Source of the DNA: an uncultured virus (IMG/VR IMGVR_UViG_3300032246_002559)
Lineage: Duplodnaviria > Heunggongvirae > Uroviricota > Caudoviricetes
Reading direction: 5' to 3' (one strand)
IMG/VR virus record: IMGVR_UViG_3300032246_002559
DNA: 20,000 bases
Shown here: piece by piece, positions 1 through 7,984 of the stretch
How the letters are laid out: every line of letters begins with the position of its first letter
How positions within the stretch are numbered: position 1 is the first letter of the stretch
The notes under the pieces: generated by a model
Told to the model about the DNA's origin: nothing
The model's input: the letters and a program-made list of their open reading frames with translations, nothing else
Database searches by the model: none
Translations under genes and position numbers: made by a program

Positions 1-632
1 TGTTGGTCGACCAGATGGAGTGACTCATCACAGAACTTATATTTCTCAAGGAACTGGTTCTCGGGAAGCTTTTTTTCGTAATCTTCTTCGAGGTTATAGA
101 GAATGCGTGCGAGGGCGCCAGCAGCCAGGCCAGTGGCGGGATCCTCTTCCCGACTCATATAGTCTTCATAGGACTTATAGTAGGGCTTGCCGTCGCCGGA
201 ATGAAGCGTGCAGGAAGACACGAAGAAGTTGAACTGGGCGTTGTCGGCCTGAGCTTCAGCAGAGTTGTTGTCGAGACTACTCCGTTCGGAATTAAGGCCT
301 CGAAGCTCAGCTCGATCCCGACGCAACTGAATGGCTAGATCTCGGGCGTCCGACAACTTAATGCCACCAGAACGAATCTTGCGTTCCGAATCGGAAATCT
401 TGCTTTGTAGCTTGCGGAGTTCAGCCTCTTTATTGTCGTCCCAGAGCTTCTGCTCGCGCATCACGCTCTCGATCTTTGCCCTTAGAATTGCGCCAGACTC
501 AACCGCCTCACGGAAAGCCTTATTGTAGACCTTCTGTGCTTCCTGACGCTGTTTTGCATTAGGCCTCATGACAGCAAGTTCGATTTCCTTGTCGCCGTTC
601 TTAACCTTGATAACTTTCTTATTCGTACTCAC
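1..632 (-). CDS. Tail assembly chaperone-like protein, partial (runs off the window); paralog of 1006..2049
   Basis: Not in the ORF track. Manual translation from GTG at 632 (GTGA overlap with the stop of 629..994) is open for 210 codons to the window edge: MSTNKKVIKVKNGDKEIELAVMRPNAKQRQEAQKVYNKAFREAVESGAILRAKIESVMREQKLWDDNKEAELRKLQ...YEKKLPENQFLEKYKFCDESLHLVDQ. Function is inferred from its position downstream of the tail tube. Confidence 0.75.
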   Translation of the reverse strand, partial: MSTNKKVIKVKNGDKEIELAVMRPNAKQRQEAQKVYNKAFREAVESGAILRAKIESVMREQKLWDDNKEAELRKLQSKISDSERKIRSGGIKLSDARDLAIQLRRDRAELRGLNSERSSLDNNSAEAQADNAQFNFFVSSCTLHSGDGKPYYKSYEDYMSREEDPATGLAAGALARILYNLEEDYEKKLPENQFLEKYKFCDESLHLVDQ

Positions 633-994
633 GATTCATCCTCCACGGATAGGGTCTTCTGACATCGGTTCCAGTTGACCGTATATTGGGTCAACTCGTT
701 CTCAACGGCACGCAATTGAGCGTTGCCGTTATTCAAAATCGTTCCGCGACATGCCTCCCAGACCTGTCGCCATTTCTCCTGCTTCGTGTCGCGTTGGCCG
801 GGCGAGTTGTATCCCCACAGCTCGCCAAAGGCCTGTTCTACGGCGCTCAAGGCGCCGATAAACGCGGTACGCATTTTGGTAGTAAGAACCCTTTGAAGAC
901 GAACACGACTTTGGCGCTCGTAGTTCCTACGGTTCTCCTCTTCGATTTTCCGTGCTGCATCGGCAGCAGCCTCCACTTGGTCATAACCATCCAC
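629..994 (-). CDS. Hypothetical phage protein (helical, tail assembly region)
   Basis: 121 aa ORF with a GTG start, TAAGGAGG RBS upstream, and coupling to the next gene by GTGA. Confidence 0.7.
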   Translation of the reverse strand: MDGYDQVEAAADAARKIEEENRRNYERQSRVRLQRVLTTKMRTAFIGALSAVEQAFGELWGYNSPGQRDTKQEKWRQVWEACRGTILNNGNAQLRAVENELTQYTVNWNRCQKTLSVEDES

Positions 995-1005
995 AGCAGC
1001 CCTCC

Positions 1006-2049
1006 TTACTTACCCGGTGTCGCGCGGTTGGCCATCATATGGATTTCTCTACGCGAGTCGGGCATGTGCTGTTCCTCGACCTCGCCCTTGTTCGCAATAT
1101 AGGCGAGTCTCTCTTTCTTAATCGCCTGAGCCTGGGGTCCGTTCAGAGCCTCGATATTCTGAAGGTCCTCGTCCGTCTCGGCGACAAGGAAAATCTCCCC
1201 AGAATCGGGCAGCTTTAGACCAGACAGGGCGGTCTCAGCAGTGGCCTCGCGGCGCTGGCGTTCTCTCTCTCGCCTCTGAATGATCAGCCAACCATCGAAA
1301 GCGTCGTCGTCCCGAATCAGCTCATCTCCTGGCGGGGAGGGGTGTTCTTGAAGTGATTCGTAGAGAAGGGACCACGACACAAGATGTCGCTGCTCATCAG
1401 TCAAATCAGCGGCCGAACAGCCAAAAACGTCAGGGCAAACCTTTCTCGTGTTCCAGACCATCTGCCATGAATCAGAACGGGCTACGGCCCTCATGGTCAC
1501 GTCAGCAACCTGAGCTTCCGAATAAGCCTCGACAGCAGCATCCAAAAGCACACTGTCTTGTCGGTAAAAGTCATCGCCCTTCCAGACACGCTTGCCTTTA
1601 TCATCAAGAAGTCCACTCCCCACCAGATAGCGGGTGCGTGCGACCTGAGCGTAGCCCGTGGTGCCCATATGGGAGTAAGAGTTCTTGCGAATTAAGAGTC
1701 GGTCCAACTCGGACCTGGCGATGTGAAGGGCTGTCCGGGTAGCTTCTCTGTCTCGTGACTTAAAAAAAGATTTGAATAGTCCGACCTTAAGTTCTTCAAC
1801 ATCTTTTCTGAGTGTCTTAACAGCTTTATCGTCGTCATCGGACCACAGGCCCTGAGAGCGCATCATGAGGACGATTTCGTCGTCAGTCAGTAGCCCTTCG
1901 GTACCGCCTTCCTGACAAGCTTCAAAATAGACTTGCTGGGCCTTATAACGACGGAGACGCCGCGGCTGGCGGACAAGAAATGACCGTCCGTCGAAGTTGA
2001 AGCGTAAACAACCCGCAACAACGCGGGCGATAACAAGTTCCGGTTCCAA
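1006..2049 (-). CDS. Putative tail assembly chaperone
   Basis: Long charged/helical ORF directly after the tail tube gene. The start is reassigned from 2094 to TTG at 2049 (MEPELVIARVVAG...) because GGAGG sits 5 nt upstream and the longer start would span the terminator hairpin. Confidence 0.65.
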   Translation of the reverse strand: MEPELVIARVVAGCLRFNFDGRSFLVRQPRRLRRYKAQQVYFEACQEGGTEGLLTDDEIVLMMRSQGLWSDDDDKAVKTLRKDVEELKVGLFKSFFKSRDREATRTALHIARSELDRLLIRKNSYSHMGTTGYAQVARTRYLVGSGLLDDKGKRVWKGDDFYRQDSVLLDAAVEAYSEAQVADVTMRAVARSDSWQMVWNTRKVCPDVFGCSAADLTDEQRHLVSWSLLYESLQEHPSPPGDELIRDDDAFDGWLIIQRRERERQRREATAETALSGLKLPDSGEIFLVAETDEDLQNIEALNGPQAQAIKKERLAYIANKGEVEEQHMPDSRREIHMMANRATPGK

Positions 2050-2064
2050 GGCGTCCTCCACGGG

Positions 2065-2085
2065 AAAAGGGGCCTCGAGGCCCCT
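2065..2085 (-). terminator. Probable rho-independent terminator/attenuator after the tail tube gene
   Basis: Minus strand reads AGGGGCC-TCGA-GGCCCCT-TTT, a perfect palindrome at 2068-2085 with only a short U tract. Confidence 0.6.
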
Positions 2086-2115
2086 CTCCGTCATCCTTTT
2101 CTAACCATCAGATGG

Positions 2116-3099
2116 TCAGGACTTGGCTACACTCATGTCGTTGAAAGTACGGAAGCTATAGGTCACCGTGCGGTTCCCACCGTCGGTACCGCCACCGTTG
2201 TAGTTGGCCGACTGAAGTTTGTTGCGGGTACCAAGGTCAACCGTGGTGCCATCCGCGAAAGCCACAATGATTGTTTCGTCGATGAGCTGATCGGCGTTGC
2301 CATCATTGGCCTGGGCGAAGTCACCAGAAGTCGTGAGAACCTCGAACTCCGTTGTCACTTCCACGGGAAACTTAACGTAGCGGAAGAACGGGCCTTTGCG
2401 ACCCAACTCCATCAGTTGTTCGCGACCCAAATTGCAGTTAACCGACAACGACTGGATGTGGGAGCTGAATCCAGATCCTGCGATATCTGTAAGTTTGCCG
2501 GAGGAGTTAACGCCGGGGATAACTTTAGGGAATGTGCAGCTATCGACCACCAAATGCTGGCGACGAACGATACCGGAAGCTGCCGTTGGGGACTCGGAAG
2601 CTGGAGCATTGGGAGTCCAGTAGTTCTGGCCGCTAGCCCAGATCTTGTTGTTACCGACCAGAGTCATGGCCTCCGTAGCGTTGCCATCCATGGCCAGCTT
2701 GTAGCTGATGGCCGAAGCGTAGGCGCCGGAGACGAGGCACTGGGCAACAGGAGTTCCGGAAGCAGACACCGCTGTGTCGTCGTGAACCGACAGAACCAGG
2801 TTGCAGCGGCTGTTCGATCGACCGATCAGGCTGCCGTTCGCCCGGCCCGAAGTAGCCAAGTCGAACATAAGAGGAGTACCGTCAAGCACTCGCTCAAGCT
2901 GAACTTCAATTTGGGGAACGCCTTCAATGTTCTGATACAGACTGAGCATGCCCAACTCGTAGGCAGCTTCCAGATTGTAGTTGGTGGTAATGGTGGCGGA
3001 TTGCAAGCCACGCACTCGGGTATAGGATCCAGCGTTGGCGCCAGTGTGAGCGCCGATACCAACCGCAGTGACTGCGTAGAATACACGATTATTGGCCAC
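2116..3099 (-). CDS. Major tail (tube) protein
   Basis: 327 aa, MANNRVFYAV... start, beta-rich. Tube-like motifs GLQSATITTNYNLEAAYELG and SLSVNCNLGREQLMELG occur as two similar halves. AGGAGAG RBS, followed by a terminator, in the canonical position after the tail-completion gene. Confidence 0.7.
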   Translation of the reverse strand: MANNRVFYAVTAVGIGAHTGANAGSYTRVRGLQSATITTNYNLEAAYELGMLSLYQNIEGVPQIEVQLERVLDGTPLMFDLATSGRANGSLIGRSNSRCNLVLSVHDDTAVSASGTPVAQCLVSGAYASAISYKLAMDGNATEAMTLVGNNKIWASGQNYWTPNAPASESPTAASGIVRRQHLVVDSCTFPKVIPGVNSSGKLTDIAGSGFSSHIQSLSVNCNLGREQLMELGRKGPFFRYVKFPVEVTTEFEVLTTSGDFAQANDGNADQLIDETIIVAFADGTTVDLGTRNKLQSANYNGGGTDGGNRTVTYSFRTFNDMSVAKS

Positions 3100-3145
3100 G
3101 TCTCTCTCCTTGTACTAATAATGCCCATTCAGGGCTGTCAGAAGG

Positions 3146-3155
3146 ATTTACACCG
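3146..3155 (-). promoter_or_regulatory. CGGTGTAAAT motif, copy upstream of the tail tube gene
   Basis: An identical 10-mer lies in the intergenic region at 19667-19676. Confidence 0.45.
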
Positions 3156-3178
3156 CAGCGATGATCAAATCGGCGATC

Positions 3179-4162
3179 TTAGGGGAGGTCCACATAGATT
3201 GTGGCCTTAACGGAAGCGCGAAATAGAGGCGGCTTAGCGGGGACTTCATTTGAACGAATTTGGTCGAATGTCATTTTCCGCCAACGGTAAAGGCCAGATC
3301 CCGCTGCTGTGTCAACCATCTGGGGATAGGACAATCCGGATGGATTGAGAGTACCGTCGTACGCGAGAGGGAATCTTCCTTCCTGAGCCAGCTTCTTTTT
3401 ATCGACGCCCTCGATGCGGCGCTCCCAATGTGAGACAACAATGTCATGTAGCTGTTTGAGGTCAAACTTTGTTTCGGCTACAATATGAAACATCACATCT
3501 TGGTAATGCACTCTCGACAGGTTTCCAAGCTGCAATCCCTCCATAGCGACTCGAGGAACAGCGCTTATTACAATAGCTGGTAGTTGGACGCGATTGGCAG
3601 ACAACACATCCCAGGCCCCTGATCCGTTGGGAGATTGGAATTGGGGGTCCGCAGGATTCATGCTGTCAAATTGAACGGCTTTGAACCAGGGGGCGTCATC
3701 CATATCAAGCCGGACATTCTTAAAAGAGTAGGCGCACCGCACCACGCTACCAGTGGCTACCGGGGTGTTAAATAAAATTCGCCCCTCTGGATAATTAACA
3801 CGATATCCTGAGGGTCCGGAAGGAGAATTGCTCCGATACGTATCATTGACAAATAGGCCACTGATGGGAATTGCTTGACGTGAGTATTCGATACCAGACT
3901 CGTAAACCCAGTTGGAGCGGAACCCCTCCCAAATCTGCCCAGCCGTATAGCGCGGATCCCTAGCTGGACGAAGGGCAGATGGATCGTAGGCATGCGAACC
4001 GATACCGGAAGGGTAAGCTCCAGATGGGATGGTGACGTTAGTGAATGCGCCAACTCCGAGAAGGCCCCAGTTAAAAAATTGATAGCACGAAAATTCTAGT
4101 AAGTCGCTAACTAGCGGATCGCCATACTGCGAGGTGCCTGACAACTTGGTTAAGTCGCTCAC
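3179..4162 (-). CDS. Tail completion/terminator-like structural protein
   Basis: 327 aa, GTG start overlapping the upstream TGA. Contains VQLPAIVI...GLQLG...QDVMFHIVAET (tail-terminator-like pattern) and YRVNYPEGRILF. Lies immediately upstream of the tube gene. Confidence 0.6.
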   Translation of the reverse strand: MSDLTKLSGTSQYGDPLVSDLLEFSCYQFFNWGLLGVGAFTNVTIPSGAYPSGIGSHAYDPSALRPARDPRYTAGQIWEGFRSNWVYESGIEYSRQAIPISGLFVNDTYRSNSPSGPSGYRVNYPEGRILFNTPVATGSVVRCAYSFKNVRLDMDDAPWFKAVQFDSMNPADPQFQSPNGSGAWDVLSANRVQLPAIVISAVPRVAMEGLQLGNLSRVHYQDVMFHIVAETKFDLKQLHDIVVSHWERRIEGVDKKKLAQEGRFPLAYDGTLNPSGLSYPQMVDTAAGSGLYRWRKMTFDQIRSNEVPAKPPLFRASVKATIYVDLP

Positions 4163-4848
4163 GACAGTTCCCTTCTGACCGCCTCTTGCATGGCGGCGGC
4201 GATGTTCATCAGTGCATCTAATCCCGCGCGCGTGATCCAGTTATTGCCTTGGACACCCGCATAATATTGTTTGATGCGGAAATTCTTGCCGCTTCCCCCC
4301 GACGGCACCATGATTGCGTCTCCTGTGCGAGACGCTTGAGAATTAGTTCCATAGAGCACGTAGAAATCATCGATAACTACGCTCGAGCCACTTTCAAGCA
4401 ACCAAGTCAACCAGGGAACTTCATATCCGCTATTGCTTACAAAGCTAGCGTAAGAAGATTGGGTCAGAAAGGACAGCTCAGAGGGAACGATCAAGGCCTG
4501 AAGTCCGCCAAAGTCAGTAACCCGACCGACTCCTAGCCAGTTCGCTTTCACTGGTAGGGGTTTGATAACCAGAGCGTTGACGGCTAAGTCGACAATGCTG
4601 TCTGCCTGGCTACCTGGATTAGCAAGACCCAATTCACCCTGTAGACCAATGGCGCTGGGAGTATGGACGATCTGAAAAAGAGCCTGGTATTCGAGACGAC
4701 GAGTGAGCGCCCGACGAAAATGAGCACGAGCATCTCGTTGAGCAATTTTTGCTGCGCGATCAAGACTGGATCGAATTTGACTTGCCCAAGCTCGGACCAA
4801 GCCAGGACCGAACTGAGCCGCGTCAACAGTGACGTTCGCTCCGATCAT
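4159..4848 (-). CDS. Neck/minor tail (HK97 gp10-position) protein
   Basis: Likely start is ATG at 4848 (ATGA overlap with the upstream stop). Contains VPWLTWLLESG and a C-terminal GNNWITRA. Positioned between head-closure and tail-completion genes. Confidence 0.55.
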   Translation of the reverse strand: MIGANVTVDAAQFGPGLVRAWASQIRSSLDRAAKIAQRDARAHFRRALTRRLEYQALFQIVHTPSAIGLQGELGLANPGSQADSIVDLAVNALVIKPLPVKANWLGVGRVTDFGGLQALIVPSELSFLTQSSYASFVSNSGYEVPWLTWLLESGSSVVIDDFYVLYGTNSQASRTGDAIMVPSGGSGKNFRIKQYYAGVQGNNWITRAGLDALMNIAAAMQEAVRRELS

Positions 4849-5366
4849 GCCCCCACCCTCGTCCAGGTGGCATTCCAAAACTTACCCTGAGCGATATTGT
4901 TCGTATCCACAGGTTCTCCGTATAGCTCATAAGTCAATCTAACGGCGAGGGATATTTCTGTTTGAACGATAATCTTGCGCGTCTGGAGGATGTCGGGGAG
5001 ATCCTGCATTTTGCCCTTGGTGGTAATTACTCCGTCCGGAACCTGGTAGCGCGTTGGCATCCCCCCTAGGAATCTGCCGGGAACGGTCGATACCAGAAGC
5101 TTGACAGTGCGCGTGATTTCCCGAGCGTGAAGACCTTGTCCGTTGCATGATGGGCATACCGATCCATTGGGGAATGGGAGAGGGCCACCCCCCCTCCAGT
5201 GATTAGATGATTTTTGACCAATCTCGTCATATAGACAATTTACGCAAGGTTCCCAGGTGGGTGGGTAAACCAGGAGACAATTTTTACCAAGATTGTCGAT
5301 GAGATCCGTAATCGCCTGCTGGGCGACATCACGGATCTCTTGCTCGACTGAAAAGAGTGGCGGCAT
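4845..5366 (-). CDS. Head closure/stopper-like protein with Cys4 (Zn-finger-like) insert
   Basis: 173 aa, TAATG-coupled. Contains CVNC...CPSCNGQG. Lies in the head-tail joining block. Confidence 0.55.
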   Translation of the reverse strand: MPPLFSVEQEIRDVAQQAITDLIDNLGKNCLLVYPPTWEPCVNCLYDEIGQKSSNHWRGGGPLPFPNGSVCPSCNGQGLHAREITRTVKLLVSTVPGRFLGGMPTRYQVPDGVITTKGKMQDLPDILQTRKIIVQTEISLAVRLTYELYGEPVDTNNIAQGKFWNATWTRVGA

Positions 5367-5881
5367 TATTCTACCCGACGGCCAATGATGTTGAGATCGC
5401 CGACCACGCCCGAACCTCCGCCGGCTAGAGTGATGATCATGGCAGTGTTAGAACTACCGATCTTTGGCGGGTAAAAGTTAATGGTGTTGCTACCGCCTGA
5501 GGAGATGGGAGCCTTGAAAACCACGACGCCCGATCCGTCTTCAATCTTAACACTACCCGAAGTAGGTGTTGAGGAATATCCGCAAGCGATACCAGTCACA
5601 ACGTGGTTACGGCCCGGGCCAGCGGCGGGCAAATTGATTACTGCGGCGGCATTAGTGCCAGTCGCGTAGTCTCCAGAGGCAACGGGTATATTGATAACCT
5701 GGCGCCCTTCCCAGGCAAGATAGCGTTGATCCAAGGAGGTAGAAACCTTCCCGCTCTCAAATCCGGACACGACATTGGCCCTACGATCGAAAGTAGTGAC
5801 AAGGCCCGATGGGGCGCTTTGAGGTACTGCGATCACAACTGCCCCGTCGAGGACATTACCGCTAGTGTAGGCGACACTCAT
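5366..5881 (-). CDS. Hypothetical virion structural protein (beta-rich, Ser/Gly-rich)
   Basis: Likely start is ATG at 5881 (AAGGAGA RBS; ATGA overlap with 5878..6087), giving 171 aa. Confidence 0.65.
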   Translation of the reverse strand: MSVAYTSGNVLDGAVVIAVPQSAPSGLVTTFDRRANVVSGFESGKVSTSLDQRYLAWEGRQVINIPVASGDYATGTNAAAVINLPAAGPGRNHVVTGIACGYSSTPTSGSVKIEDGSGVVVFKAPISSGGSNTINFYPPKIGSSNTAMIITLAGGGSGVVGDLNIIGRRVE

Positions 5882-6087
5882 GATTTCTCCTTGATAGACT
5901 GTGGCCAAAATAAATGACCGGAGAGGATACCAAATGCAAAAGGAAGGACTGGCGCCCGACGCGACCAGTCTAAAATGACCATGCTAACTGAGGCGTCGTA
6001 TCCCGACGTGATAATCGCATAAACGTCGTAAGCTCCCAGTAAAGCAGCCACTACAAGGAGAATGGCCTGCGTAAGAAGTCTGAACAT
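5878..6087 (-). CDS. Small membrane protein, holin-like
   Basis: 69 aa with hydrophobic segments LLTQAILLVVAALLGAYDVYAII and PVLPFAFGILSGHLFW and a charged C-terminus IKEKS. AGGAGAG RBS. Confidence 0.55.
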   Translation of the reverse strand: MFRLLTQAILLVVAALLGAYDVYAIITSGYDASVSMVILDWSRRAPVLPFAFGILSGHLFWPQSIKEKS

Positions 6088-6098
6088 ACCTACTCTCC

Positions 6099-6632
6099 TT
6101 AGCGAATAAACGTCTGACGGCCTTCGGGAACTGGATAATAGTTTTGGTCGCCATAGCCTGCAAATATTCGGAAAGGCGTCATGATTGCGGCACCCGCTAC
6201 GACACCGAACCTTCCCGTCTTGTAATCCATCTTGACGTCTTCATAGACCTTGCAGTAACCATCCTTTAGAAGCTTGAGCCGCCCCTCAAGAGGGCCACGC
6301 AAGTCGATGGCTGAACTTCCATCGCGAATGGAAATACCCTGGCGCACAGCATTGCGAGCCTCACCCCTCTCGGCAATACATGCGGCCTTTAGGCATACAA
6401 GATTGATGAAATTGTCATCGCGAGTATTCTCTTCGCGATCAGTAGGGTCGGGAGTGATCGTCAATCCTTGAAGATCAGCTATAAACACTTGAAAAAATTG
6501 CAATTCTGACAACACAAGCTGCGCAGCAGCCGTAATCGTCTGAGACAGCCTTTGATCGCTGAATCGGTACGGTACAATGAGATCGTCGAGAAGAACCCTC
6601 ATGAGGGTCCCCATTTCAGCTTGCCATGCCAT
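6099..6632 (-). CDS. Head-tail adaptor/connector protein
   Basis: 177 aa with an adaptor-like N-terminus MRVLLDDLIVPYRFSDQRLSQTI. GGGAGGT RBS. First gene of the neck block. Confidence 0.6.
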   Translation of the reverse strand: MAWQAEMGTLMRVLLDDLIVPYRFSDQRLSQTITAAAQLVLSELQFFQVFIADLQGLTITPDPTDREENTRDDNFINLVCLKAACIAERGEARNAVRQGISIRDGSSAIDLRGPLEGRLKLLKDGYCKVYEDVKMDYKTGRFGVVAGAAIMTPFRIFAGYGDQNYYPVPEGRQTFIR

Positions 6633-6644
6633 TGTACACCTCCC

Positions 6645-6947
6645 TTACAGGAGATACACCGACAACCGACCAGTCACAGGCGTCAGAACGTGACCGTTGG
6701 CTAGCACGAGGCGTATTTCAAATGGATGAAATCCATTACCGAGATAATACATAGTTGCTCTGGCGATAAAGAGACGCACTTGACCGTCGACGTAGGTAAC
6801 ACTCATTGACAAACCGCCCCTAAATAATGCTTCTGCCGTTGAGAAGGGGGGGGAATACGCAGTAATCACAAGCGGGTCAGTCCAACGATCCACCAGGAGT
6901 TCATACTCTAGATGGGGAACGCGAAAGTCTGGCAATTGAATTAGCAT
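6645..6947 (-). CDS. Hypothetical structural protein, BppU-N-like beta sandwich (tentative)
   Basis: 100 aa, TAATG-coupled. C-terminus FHPFEIRLVLANGHVLTPVTGRLSV resembles the end of the upstream protein. Confidence 0.55.
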   Translation of the reverse strand: MLIQLPDFRVPHLEYELLVDRWTDPLVITAYSPPFSTAEALFRGGLSMSVTYVDGQVRLFIARATMYYLGNGFHPFEIRLVLANGHVLTPVTGRLSVYLL

Positions 6948-7588
6948 TAGCCTGTAAAGGGACTGCGTACGTTGAAGTATCCGGTCAGCAACGTCAGGTT
7001 GTGGTTGTTGGTCAAGGTCGTGGAAATCTCAAAGGACCATCTGCCAACGCCTATCTCATTAAGTTCGGCCCTTGAGAATTCAATGCGGATGATGTTTCCC
7101 GCCAGAACAGGAAGCACCTCCCTAAATCCACCCCTCCTGCTATTAATAGACAATCGAACAATCGATTCGGCTAGCGATGGCCATGTGTCATTAGTCACAT
7201 CGATGGCTCGCCCCTCAGCGGCGAAATAGTCATCAGTCACACGAAGTTCTACGGGTGTCCCCTCGTCAGCAGCAGTTGGTATGCTGAATGTGGGAACCTT
7301 GATGGCAGACGTGAGACGAGAAGAAATGGGGGCGTCGACATACTCCAAAAGTTCTGGATTCACGGTGACGAAAGCCATAAGGCTGCCAGCACTAAGGAAT
7401 TTGACACCGCCCCTGAAATTCTGTGGGAATTGCTCGTAAGTCCACATGTAGTTGCCAACACCAATCTCTACGAAGCCCCCCGTAATCAAAGAGCCTGTAT
7501 TAGATCCGTTCTGTGCCACCAACTGTGCTGATAAGGTAAGCCCAGTCTTAGATGTTCCAAGAACGACACCGATCGTAGCCTTGTACAT
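6947..7588 (-). CDS. Hypothetical two-domain structural protein
   Basis: 213 aa. N-terminal FVEIGVGNYMW module, VDAPISSRL linker, and C-terminal GRWSFEISTTLTNNHNLTLLTGYFNV. Confidence 0.65.
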   Translation of the reverse strand: MYKATIGVVLGTSKTGLTLSAQLVAQNGSNTGSLITGGFVEIGVGNYMWTYEQFPQNFRGGVKFLSAGSLMAFVTVNPELLEYVDAPISSRLTSAIKVPTFSIPTAADEGTPVELRVTDDYFAAEGRAIDVTNDTWPSLAESIVRLSINSRRGGFREVLPVLAGNIIRIEFSRAELNEIGVGRWSFEISTTLTNNHNLTLLTGYFNVRSPFTG

Positions 7589-7597
7589 GATTGCCCC

Positions 7598-7984
7598 TTA
7601 AGACAGTGCTGCGTCAACCTCAGCCTGACTCAGAAGGCCAGCATCCCTCATCGCGTGAAGTCCAGCAATCAAACGCGTATTGTTGAGGTCAACAGAACCA
7701 CTCGCCAGTAGGCGATCATACCACAGGCGAACAACAGGATTGGACTGCGCAGCCGTGACAATTGCCAACTGCGTGGCGTCCGAAAAACGATCCATAAAGT
7801 CTAGCGACCAAACGAGCCTTGCGGGTGGTGGCTCTACCCAGTTGTCCACAATAGACTGGGCTGCTGCTCGTTGCTCAGGGGTTGACGCAGAATCAAACTG
7901 AATCTCGTAGCTGCCATCCTGAAATAGCGAAATGCCCTGAATTGGGCAGACTAATTCTACGGCATTGTGAATGTTTGTTAGCAT
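7598..7984 (-). CDS. Fibre-associated/assembly chaperone-like protein
   Basis: 128 aa, overlapping the end of the fibre gene. Contains STPEQRAAAQSIVD and LDFMDRFSDATQLAI...VDLNNTRLIAGL, patterns typical of small proteins that follow fibre genes. Confidence 0.55.
   Translation of the reverse strand: MLTNIHNAVELVCPIQGISLFQDGSYEIQFDSASTPEQRAAAQSIVDNWVEPPPARLVWSLDFMDRFSDATQLAIVTAAQSNPVVRLWYDRLLASGSVDLNNTRLIAGLHAMRDAGLLSQAEVDAALS

Noticed and set aside
69..75. In-frame slippery heptamer A AAA AAG in the chaperone-like gene
   Set aside because: The -1 frame stops at TGA (46-48) within 8 codons, so it cannot produce an extended G/GT-type fusion.
1760..1770. T7 run (TCT TTT TTT AAG) in the 1006..2049 gene as a frameshift site
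   Set aside because: A -1 shift meets TAA immediately, and the zero frame stays open and alignable with its paralog.
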